A stretch of 64,000 bases of DNA, from assembly GCF_006345805.1 (NCBI RefSeq), contig NC_043003.1, positions 90,830,001 to 90,894,000 of the forward strand, written 5' to 3'. How positions within the stretch are numbered: position 1 is the first letter of the stretch; each line of letters starts with the position of its first letter. This DNA comes from Octopus sinensis. Its lineage: Eukaryota. Positions 12,548 through 23,039 of this stretch are shown one piece after another. The position numbers and the translations under genes are program-made. Under the pieces are notes generated by a model that was not told where the DNA came from, made no database searches, and saw only the letters and a list, made by a program, of their open reading frames with translations.

Positions 12548-13556
12548 TATTAACCATTTTTTATATTTTCTTGGGGTAAGCAAATAGGAGATAACTGTTG
12601 CCACCCAAGGACAAAAATCGTGCTACCCAGTGTTTTAAATGCTAAGTGTTTTAAATGTTTGTGCCAGTGTTACAATAGATAAAGCAGCCAGGTTGATTCA
12701 GTCAAACTTTGCTACACACTGAAAAAGTTATAATTTTAATTGATGATAGAAAATATTATTTCAAAAATCAATTACCACTTGCCATCTTCCCTGGAAACAC
12801 ATTTTAGTTGAAATCAGTTCAGTTAGAAAAAAGAAAGGATTGGATATCTTGAAATGACTTTATTCCATTATCAACAGTTAAGTGTTGAAATTATTGATAA
12901 GTTGCAGGTAAAATCATTTAAAGGAAACTATATAGAAAAAGAATTAAATTGATAATCTCAGAGTATGTGAATCCCACTGTCTCAACTACTAGATTATTTG
13001 GAGACCGTAGGATTAATAGTATTTCTAATAAACTGAGAAATAGTTGTTGTCACTCAATCTTACTAGGGCAGAGTTTAGAAGTAGCTATATCTTATGACTT
13101 GATATATTATTTTCTTTTTCCAGCCATAATTATTCTTATTCGTCATGCACTTAAAATTACAATTCTAGAAAACTTTATTTTCAGAATTAAATATATTTTT
13201 TTCAAATTAGTGAACTCCACTAGCTTTTCCTTTTCCTTTTTTTTTTCTTCCTATTTTTGCTTGTCATACATTGGAAGAAAAATTTCATGTTTTGTACTTA
13301 AATATTTTTCCCTTGAATTAATGAAATTTTCTACTACATTTACAAAATTGTTGCTCCGAATAATGTTTTTAGGGATAAGTGATACGAAACCCAAGACTGT
13401 AGGGGCCGGAAAAAAGTTTGTAAGGAACAGCATTAAATCAATGAAAATCTACTTGTTTGAATTCAAGAGTTATCACTCTTGAACCGGTGTCGTGGGAAAA
13501 AAGAAAACAATCGAAATTTGAGATTTGCTTGGAAAATAAAGCAAATCTACTGTAAA

Positions 13557-13865
13557 ATGTTCCTGACAAATATTTTAAGAATGGAAGGAAGGGAGATCAA
13601 AGGATCAGGGGACAGAGGATTTATGAAAGGAACGAAAATGTTCCGCTTTCGGAAAATTTTTGTATTTGGAACCCTATTGTATACAATAGGTTTAACAGCG
13701 GTATTTTTGAACCTGGAACCTTACAAGAAACTGTCTCAGAAAATCGATGATGTGGATAATTATTTTAAAACCGAACGGATAAAAAAATATGAAGAAATAC
13801 TAGAAAAAAGAGTAGAGCGTAGTAAGAAGTATAAAGAATTGCTTGACGAGGACAAGTTGCGTTGA
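13557..13865 (+). CDS. Probable single-exon gene for a ~102-aa single-pass membrane protein with a charged C-terminal helix (unknown family)
   Basis: Open frame 13479-13865; ATG in aaaATG context at 13557 (alternative at 13638); hydrophobic segment IFVFGTLLYTIGLTAVFLNL followed by a K/E/D-rich tail; AATAAA at 14029-14034 with a T-rich downstream element; no repeat similarity seen; CpG-retaining region. Confidence 0.6.
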   Translation: MFLTNILRMEGREIKGSGDRGFMKGTKMFRFRKIFVFGTLLYTIGLTAVFLNLEPYKKLSQKIDDVDNYFKTERIKKYEEILEKRVERSKKYKELLDEDKLR

Positions 13866-14028
13866 AGTTTGTTTATTATTCAGTCGGACTCGAGACACAT
13901 GGAGTAACTTTACAAACTCTTTGTTCTTCAAAGAATATTACATAAAACATTTTAGAATTTTGTTTGTATTTATTTATGAGAATGCATTCATCTGGACCCT
14001 TAACTGAAATTAGCAAGTATGTTTTGTG

Positions 14029-14034
14029 AATAAA
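14029..14034 (+). terminator. Candidate polyadenylation signal of the small ORF
   Basis: AATAAA ~165 nt after the stop, followed by tcactttgttttattt. Confidence 0.45.
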
Positions 14035-16569
14035 AGTTATTCACTTTGTTTTATTTAATCTTACTTCTGCTAAAGAAAGAAAATCCTAAAGACTGGTTTG
14101 CTATAAACATTGTCAAACGAAATGCTGTTTACAATCATTTGAAATTTAGACCACAAAATGTCATCTACTCAATTACAATATCATCAATTTGCAAAATATT
14201 CCCATAACTTTGTTGAATCAATGTGGAAACTCCATTCAGTTTGAGAAGTTGAACATAACATGTTACATGTAATTCCGGAAAAGCGAAAGCGAATTTAATT
14301 GGAAATGACAATTTTATTTTGATAAAAAGAATAAGAAAATAGACAAAATATTCTGAGTTTTGTTTTCGATTGGTTTTAAAATGTGAGAATAAGGGTTCCT
14401 GTCTCGTGGCCAGCAGACAGCATTTTGCCTTCGTTTTTATGTATTTGTTGTTTTATAAGACGATGGATGTGATTTGAGGGAAATTTGGTTGCTTCTACTA
14501 GCAGAACACGCTATTTCTAGTGAAGCTTGTTTTTAAAGCTCATGGAAAATAGATATATGTAAATTACATGTTTGCATTTCTTCTGTGAATATGGAAACCG
14601 TGAGTCGAGGAGGGTCTCTGTGTCGAGAAATCTACTTTTGGTTTCACAATCGAAATTCTCGTCATCAAATTTCTGATTAAATGTAAATTATTTAAATTGT
14701 CGATAAATCATCATCTCAGCAATTGTTAATTTAATTACGTAAGAGTTTCTCAATGATTTGGTCCTTTTTTTATTGGTGACCTTGAAATCAGGCAATCTTT
14801 CCGTCTGTCAAAGAATGTTTATATGTTGTACTGAATAACGTTATGTTAAGACCGACTAATCAAGATGAATATTGTTTGCAATTTACAAAAGAAATAAATT
14901 TTTTTTGCATATTCGTAATCTCCGACATCTAAAACGTAGGGATCCGAATTTTTTTTTTAAATGCATTTTTCAAGGAGAGGTGTGGAACTGCATTAGCCCC
15001 AAAAGCGTTTTTCTCATAAGGTAATTTAGACATTTTCTAATAACCATACACATACACTGCTTCGACATCTAGCTTGGACTCCGATCATAAGTGAGGTGTT
15101 TTATTCCTTGCCATGTACTTACTGCCATCCTGGATTCAAACAAGGATCCTTTATTTCTAAAGGCAGTAATGTTCCTACACACGTACAAAATAATAATAAT
15201 AATCCTTTCTACTATAGGTACAAGGCCTGAAACTTGTGGAGAACAGATTTGTCAGTTACATCAACTCCAGTACTCATACTTATTTTACTGACCCTGAAAG
15301 GATGAAGGGCAAAGTCAACCTTGGCGACATTTAAACTCAGAATGTAAAACATTGAAAGAAATGCCACTAAGTCTAGCACAGTAACGATTCTACCAGCTTC
15401 GCGCCTTAATAATAATAATTTCTTTTATTAGCCACAGGGTCATAGATGAACAATCCACAATTTTTATGGGGGGTCACATGAAAAATGAGTAGAAATAAAT
15501 GGAAAGGAGTGAAATACAATAAAAGTATACATAGTTTACAAAGTATGTGATTGCATGAATGATGCAGTCCTTTTAATACAGGAGGAACTCCAACTAGGGA
15601 ACCTCACAGATACAGGAGGAACTCTAATCAGGAAACCCCACAGATCAAGAATTCCCTTCTTGACCACCAATGGCATGAGCCCTCACCCAACTGCTGTTCT
15701 CCAATCTACAGGTGCATGCTTAGGATTGGGCCATTCATCAATATCCATTCTTAGACATCAGGAAAGCCAAAAAATATTTAAATATATAAGTCAAATGGAA
15801 ATGGCACTTGATATGAAATTGACGAATCTTGACTAAATCTGAAACCAACATAAAATATTCTCTATAGCTTCTTCACCATCTGCTGGAGTGGCTCTCTTCC
15901 TGATACATTTACATACCATGCGGTTAAAGAAAAGAAATCATTGAAATTAGTCATTTTTCATTTTACATCGGTTTTTGAAAATTGAAAATCAAATTAGATA
16001 TTAGTTTGGAAAAATTGACTCGGAATCCAACAGAGAAAAGAATATTGATTGTTAAACACAAAAATTGTCCAGATATTTTATTAGTTGAAAAATTTCTCAT
16101 AAAATGAAGACTTCAACAACAACCCTACCGACCATTTTTTACTTCTAAAGATGATGCAAAAATACAAAATAATGATGCAGTGTTTGCAATGTAATGGTTT
16201 TAAACAGGTGAAGAGAAAATTTGGAGAAATCAGAAATTACTCATTTTGTCTCAGTTACCCGTTTGTCCCACCCAGCAAATCTTGTCGCATCATTATCATC
16301 AACGTTATTTAATGTCCAGATTCAATCCTGGCGTAGGTTGGATGATTTAATATCTGACAAGTTGGAGGAGGACTGCCTCAGGCAACACCAGTGTCTTCGT
16401 CAGCATGGTCTTAATGACAACCACTTTACATATGTGTATGTGTGTGTGTACATCTGCAAATAGCTTGTAATATTTACATTTGTAAAAAGACGTAACGCAG
16501 TATTTAAACTTTGCCATTCAATAAATAGAAGTTGACAAATTAAGTAACAGACTATAAATATCTAAAACT

Positions 16570-16700
16570 CTACTAGCGTGGCGGTAGTCCAATGCCTGAA
16601 ATCATTCCAAAAATAAAAAGAATATATATTTAAGAAAAATCCATATAATTACTGATAGGCGTACATGGGCGGTAACTCCATTAGAGTTACTTCCCTTGAG
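16570..16700. promoter_or_regulatory. Possible promoter-like element cluster
   Basis: GTGGCGG, GGGCGG, a CCAAT-like site and AGAGTTACTTCCCTT within CpG-retaining unique sequence. No transcript evidence available. Confidence 0.25.
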
Positions 16701-17239
16701 AACCGTTTCTTTTTTTGTTTTTTTTTTCGTTTTAATCAATATTATACTATTATTAAATAGTACCTTGTTCTTTTATGATTTTTGGAAATAATGAAACACT
16801 TTATTTCGTAATTATTTTAAATCACTTTATTGGAAAATAAAGTAACTGACTTTGCAGCAGATTCATCCATTATTTAAATCTTAAGTGCAGTTAGTTTGTA
16901 TCATTGCATCATTGTTTTAGCCCCCACTTTTCCATGCTTACATAGGCTGAACGCAGTGTTATTGAGGCGGATCTTCTACAGCTTTATGCCTCTCCAGTTG
17001 CTAACTCTTTTCTGTTTCCAAACAAAATAATATTTCCATAGAATATTAGAAACGAATGACATTCATTTAAAACAATCATGCAATGTTCCAGTGACAGGCC
17101 TGTCACTGAACTTTAGTGCCTGGCGCTGTTTCAGAATATTCTGGGTGGGTACTAATTTGTATTGCAGGAAAATTTTTGTAAACTGTATTTTCTAAATCTG
17201 AGGGGGCAGTGCCATCCAGTGCATCTCCTTAGCGACAGG

Positions 17240-17434
17240 CATGCAGGATGAGGAGCACAAACACACATATATACATCACAATGGGCTTCTTTCGGATTCC
17301 ATCCACAAAATCCACTCACAAGGCTTTGGTTGGTAGAGCTGTAGTGGAAGATACCCAAGATGACATGCAGTGGGACTGAACCTCACAACTATGTGGTTGG
17401 GAAGTAAACTTCTGAATCACACATCCTCGCCAGT

Positions 17435-17523
<89 letters not shown>

Positions 17524-17530
17524 TCTCTCC
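17240..17530 (-). mobile_element. SINE family A 5' half followed by (CT)n
   Basis: aaatccactcacaaggctttggt...cagtgggactgaacc...ccacacatcctcgcc, then ~45 CT units. Confidence 0.75.
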
Positions 17531-17739
17531 CTCTCCCTCGTATACACACACATGCACACACACACACCTAGGCATCTCTTGTTGATTCACCACCTAAGTG
17601 TAAAACTTTAAAAAATCCAAAACAGGTGACTTTGCCTAAATACACTTCATAAAGACATTCTCAATTAGTATTCTCAGTATCATGACTTGTTCTGTCACTC
17701 TTTTTACTAGTCACCTTTGATGCAGGTAACTACTCCATC

Positions 17740-18220
17740 AACAGCTCCATAAAGAAGTGCCAATCATGCAAAATGGATGGAACTCATGGAAGAGGGAGAC
17801 CCAAGAAGACGTGGGACAAAGTACTGAAGTACAACTTCAGAACACTGAACTTTGTGAAGGGGATGACAAAGGACCAAGACATCTAATGCCTTGGTGTACT
17901 CAAGAAGACTTCGTCCTCCACAGCAGAAGTGTTAATGCTGCCCCCCCACCCCCGCCTCTAATGAAGAGAATTATCCTGTAAGAGTCCTGTGCTGGTGCTA
18001 CATAAAAAGTACTTGTGCCATTGCCACTTAACAGCGCTTGTGCTGGTGCCACGTTAAAAGCACTCAGCACACACTGTAAAGTGGTTGGTGTTAGGAAGGG
18101 CATACAGCTGTAGAAACCATGCCAAAGCAGACTGGAATCTGGTGCAGTTCTCTGGCTTGCCAGCTCTGGTTGAACCGTTCAACACATGTCAGCATGGAAA
18201 ACAGATGTTAGAGGTTGATG
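17740..18220 (+). mobile_element. RTE 3' fragment plus SINE family B tail
   Basis: ggaagagggagacccaagaagacgtggga (GRGRPKKTW), then gctggtgccacgttaaaagcac...gcatggaaaacagatgtta. Confidence 0.7.
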
Positions 18221-18439
18221 ATAATATTCCCCTAACATTTAGCTAGTTTGCTTTACTAAGCAAGCAGTAAAATAAAGTCTTTATTTCACTTATGGCTATA
18301 GTTTTAACTTCTGTTATCATTTATGTGTTGAAATATTCTGCCTATGGTTCAATTAATTTTTGAAATAATGAAGAATTTAGTAAATTCAGTTGGTGTTTTG
18401 AACATAAATTTACAGAATTTCATATTGGTGCTACAGAAT

Positions 18440-18625
18440 TTGCAGATATGGGAGAGGTAAAGAAAAAAATGATGGAGTCATTAAAAGGAGCTCTGCTTCA
18501 AGCAGTGGAAAATGCATCTAGATCAATGCATTGCTTGAAATGATGGTGATAAAAGTGTAAACATGTAAAGCAAAGTGAATAAAATAATATTGCAAAATTC
18601 CGGTTTCTTTTGGGTACTCCTACAC
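18440..18625 (+). pseudogene. mariner transposase C-terminal fragment with 3' end
   Basis: FADMGEVKKKMMESLKG resembles the mariner C-terminus, followed by aaattccggtttcttttgggtactcc (TIR-like). Confidence 0.5.
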
Positions 18626-19789
18626 ATATGTTCTTGAGATACTGCATATCCAAACTGAGTAAAACTGCAATCATAACTTGAGAAACTTATTGACACCAAG
18701 GAAATAAAGATGGCTTAATCGCATCTGGAATGTCTTTAAACAGGGGTCTGCTCATTTATGTCTCAGTCGAAGCTAAACAATAACAATATGCTGAAGATCA
18801 AATAGCTAATTAGTGGCACACTAATTGAAAAAAAAAGAGCTATTTTTCATTGTAAAGAACCAAAATGAACTCAGACTATTGTTTCTAGCAAAAGGACCTC
18901 TCTGTCATCCACTCCCACACACTTAATACACTTCAGAATCAAAACAATAAACATTGTGCTGTTATTTTTAACAAGATAATATAGCTTTGGAGAATTTTCT
19001 CCTGTAAGGTATTTCTGAACATACTGTGTTGCTAATACTTTTTAGCAAGAAATTTGCCTCTTGTTAATTACATTGCTGATTGTCTTTTCTTACAGAAAAA
19101 AAAGTATGAGTTTGCTTCTAACGAACTTTTTTTCTGTGAATTTATCAGACTTTTAAGCTTTTCCTTGGAGTGCCTTTTCTTTCATTAATTCTATTATTGT
19201 TTTAATTTTTATTAATTACCTTTCTGTTTTGTGGAGAGACAGACGAATTTGCATTTATTTTACATCTTTTATTCTTTTACTTGTTTCAATCATTTTGACC
19301 ATGGCCATGTTGGAGCACTGCCTTGAAGGGTTTTAGTCAAACAAATTAACCCCAGGACCTACTCTTTCTAAGCTTACTAATTCTATCAGTCTCTTTGCCA
19401 AACTGCTAAGTTACAGGGTCGTAAACATACCAACATCGGTTGTCAAGCGATGTTGGGGGGGGGACAAACACAGACACACAAACATACACACATACATATA
19501 TATATATATACTTTTATATATATATATATAAACACACACACAGGGCATGCTTCTTTCAGTTTCTGTCTACCGAGTCAACTCAAAAGACATTGGCCGGCCC
19601 AAGGCTATATATATACAGTAGTCCTCTGGTATTCATGGGGCTTACATTCTTAGAGCACCTGCGAATACTGAAAAACCACAAATATTGGTCATAGTCCATA
19701 AAAATGTCTATAAATGTCAAAATATAACATTAAATATTATATATATCATCATCATCATTTAACATCCATTTAAATGATGATGATGATTG

Positions 19790-19821
<32 letters not shown>

Positions 19822-20202
19822 TAATGTTATATTTTGACATTTATAGACATATATATATAAGTTAAGAAGAGTTCAAAAGCTTCAAAACCTTCAAACAACA
19901 TGGTGTATAGGAGTGATTTCTCATCAACAGAGTCCAGTGTAATCCATGGGTAGGAGAGGTGCAGCTGAAGTGTCGGAGAGTAAAAAATTCAGGTGAAGAA
20001 TCCATGTAAAATAGTCCAAAGTGTAGAAGGTGTAGAAAACCCAAGGAAAGTTCATTGGGTTAAGAGGTGAAGACAGGATCAAACTGGTGTGACCACATGA
20101 GTGTGTAATATATGGGGAGAATTGACAAAAAAACAAAAGACGAAGATAGGTGGAGTAGACAACGAACAGATGTATTAGTATAATGCTTGGGAAGTGAAAA
20201 AG

Positions 20203-20240
20203 TTTTTAACATTTCGATCCTACGCTCTTCTACAGAAAGA
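20203..20240 (-). ncRNA. Minimal type I hammerhead-like motif with CUGUNGA core (left arm)
   Basis: Minus strand: tcttt CTGTAGA A GAGC-gtag-GATC GAAA TGT TA aaaa. Confidence 0.55.
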
Positions 20241-20549
20241 AAATAAAGAATATGGTTAGCGATCTATCATGGCAAATGCCGGACAGAGGGGTCACACAGA
20301 AGAGCTAGGAAGAACGGGAGATAATAAAGTAGTGGTGATTCCAAAACGAAGGTGCACATGTGTGTGTATAAGAGAGCATGTATAATTGTGTACAATTACG
20401 AGGGAGGGGTGACAGTGAAGAGAGAAGAAGTAGGAGTCAGAGCAAGAGAGGAGAGGTGGGTAGGAGGAAGTTCTCCTGTGTGACCCCTCTGTCCAGCATT
20501 CACCATGATAGATCGCTAGCCACTACACATTCTTTATTTTCTCTCTGTT

Positions 20550-20587
20550 TCTTTCTGTGGAAGAACATAGGGTCGAAATGTTAAAGG
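20550..20587 (+). ncRNA. Minimal type I hammerhead-like motif with CUGUNGA core (right arm)
   Basis: tcttt CTGTGGA A GAAC-atag-GGTC GAAA TGT TA aagg. Confidence 0.55.
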
Positions 20588-20961
20588 CTTTTTCACTTTC
20601 CGGGTGTTAAACTAATACATCTGTTTGTTGTCTACACCACCTGTCTTCATCTTTTGTTTTTCGTGAATTCTCCCCATATATTACACGCTCATGTGGTCAC
20701 AGCAGTTTGATCCTGTCTTCACCTCTTAACCCAATGAACTTTCCTTGGATTTTCTACACCTTCTACACTTCAGACTATTCTACCTGAATTCTCCACCTGA
20801 ACTTTCTACTCTCCTACACTTCAGCTGCACCTCTCCTACCCATGGATTACACTGGACTCTTCTGTTGATGAGAAATCGCTCCTATACACCATGTCGTTTG
20901 AAGGTTTTGAAGGTTTTGAACTTTTCTTAACTCCTTTGTGCTTTCTGCTTTTTCCTATTGT

Positions 20962-20996
<35 letters not shown>

Positions 20997-21039
20997 CTTA
21001 CATTGGAAGTCAACAAAGTTTGCTTAAGAAGCATTGAGA

Positions 21040-21181
21040 TGTATTGAAAGATACAGATAAGGAAAATCTGGCTGGCCACCAACAGATTTTTTTCTGCAAA
21101 ATATGGATAGTTTATCCTGTTCATGCTATATCATTAGCATTATCCTGTGTTTGAGAATAAAATTATTTCCTTATCTGTATG

Positions 21182-21239
<58 letters not shown>

Positions 21240-21240
21240 T
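21040..21240 (+). mobile_element. 3' UTR of an R4/Dong-like element ending in (TAA)n
   Basis: Near-identical to 63775-63880 (atatggatagtttatcctgttcatgctata...gagaataaaattatttccttatc). Confidence 0.55.
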
Positions 21241-22535
21241 CTAATTAAAATTAAAGTAAAATGTATGGTTACTCACTAATAATGAATGATATGGATTTAA
21301 GATGATGAAAATAATGAAAGTAATGACTGCACAGCAAAGAAGATTTAAAGCTCTTCAGGTGACACCTGTTCTTCAGGTGTTTTAAGGGATGTATCTGCAT
21401 GCAAAAGTTTTCTTGGTGGGCTTGAGGAACATCGTGATGGGAAGTTGCTGTTGTTGTTCCTTCATGGTGGTGAAGAGAGTTTTGTTTGCATAACAGCATT
21501 GATGGCATTTTTAAATTGGAGAGACAGAACTATATAGGGATCCCATGCTTCCACCTTCCCTTGCAATTCCTTTTCTATCCTTAAAAGGTCAGACAGATGT
21601 ATGATTGTCAGGCCCACTTCATCCTCCTCTTCCTCTTGATCTAGCTCTTCCTCCTCCTCTTCGTCTGTCAGGGTTTCAGAGTGGGCATCAATGAGGTCGT
21701 TGACCTCATCTTGTGTGATGTCATCAAAACTTCACCACCAAGTACTTTTGCCAGTCTCACTACATTGTTGACAGCCAGCCTTGTGCTGAATAACTTCAGG
21801 TGAGAAGCCCTCATATTCCTGGACACTCCCTGGCCACACCTTCTTCCAGCAAGCAATGTGGGTTTCTTTTTTCAAGCTTTAAGTGCAGCATGGATGACTG
21901 ACAGGCACATTGCGATCTTGAAGTTGCACTGGTACTCCTTTAGCTTGGTCTACAAGGTATTGAAGAGTTCCGAGTATAAAGTACCTTGAAGGCACAGATC
22001 ATGCCTTGATCCATAGGCTGGATGAGAGAGGTGGTGTTGGCAGGGAGGAACTCAACTTGAGCTCCCTCGTGATCTAAATCCAAAGTGTGACCACCAGCAT
22101 TATCCATAACAAGCAATCCCTTGAATTCCATGCAAACATTTTGGAGGTATTCCTTGGTTTGAGGGATGCAGCATTGGTGGAACCAATTCAAAGTTAGACT
22201 TTTGGTAATCCAGACCTTGAGGTTGGGCATCCAGTGGACAGGCAGCAGGTTTTTATTCTTATTTTTGAAGGCCCTCGGGGTCGCGGACTTGTAGATAAGT
22301 TCTGGTTTCACCATGAAGACAGCAGCACTGCCACATGTAATTAGCATCACTCTGTCCTTCTGTGCCTTAAATCCTGGGGTTCTGCCTTCGTCCTTCATGA
22401 TGTACATTCTGGAAGACACCTTCTTCCAGAAGAAGCCAGCCTCATCCTTATCAAAAACCTGTTCCGGCTTGTATTCTTTGTCTTTGACAATCTGTCTGAA
22501 AGTCTTGAGGTACTTCTTGGTGGTTTCTTTGTTGG

Positions 22536-23019
22536 CTTCTTCTTCTTCTTCTTCTTCTCTTCTTCTTCTTCTTCTTCTTCCTTTCTTTCTTCTTCTTCCT
22601 TCTTTTCTTCTTCTTTCTTGTTCTTCTTCTTCTCTTCTTCTTCTTCTTCTTCTTCTCTCTTCTCTTCTTCTCATTATTCTTCTTCTCTTCTTCTTTCTTC
22701 TTCTTCTTCTTTCTGTCTTCTTCTTCTTCTTCTTCTTCTTCTTCTTCTTCTTCTTCTTCTTCTTCTCTTCTTCTTTCTTTTTTCTTCTTCTTCTTCTTCT
22801 TCTTCTTCTTCTTCTTCTTCTCTTCTTCTTCTCTTCTCTTCTTCTTCTTCTTCTTCTTCTTTTCGTTCTTCTCTCTTCTTCTGTCTCTTCTTCTTCTCTT
22901 CTTCTTCTTCTTCTTCTTCTTCTTTCTTCTTCTTCTTCTTCTTCTTCTTCTTCTTCTTCTCCTTCTTCTTCTTCTTGATCTTCTTCTTCATTCTTCTTCT
23001 TCTTCTTCTTTTCTTCTTT
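22536..23019. repeat. ~480-bp imperfect (TTC)n/(GAA)n tract
   Basis: Direct reading; it produces the spurious poly-S/F/L/E/R/K ORFs. Confidence 0.97.
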
Positions 23020-23039
23020 GCTATCTTTGACTATCTTTG

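Larger units (their letters stand above)
19860..20932. mobile_element. Inverted pair of ~440-bp Penelope-like pseudo-LTRs (~175-bp spacer)
   Basis: 19860-20300 is the reverse complement of ~20476-20932, with visible divergence; paired spurious ORFs appear on both strands; each arm contains a hammerhead-like motif. Confidence 0.75.
19616..22536 (-). mobile_element. Tigger (pogo superfamily) DNA transposon, 3' half, interrupted by nested insertions
   Basis: TA|CAGTAGTCC terminus at 19616 inside a SINE A copy; DDE transposase in ORF 21940-22674 (PEQVFDKDEAGFFWKK..PGFKAQKDRV..LLVMDNAGGH..PANTTSLIQPMDQG). The N-terminal half is replaced by (GAA)n. Confidence 0.85.

Noticed and set aside
18730-18830. 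CTGAAGA...AATTAG-tggcaca-CTAATT-GAAA near 18793-18830
   Set aside because: About 10 unpaired nt lie between the core and stem II, and there is no stem I or III.
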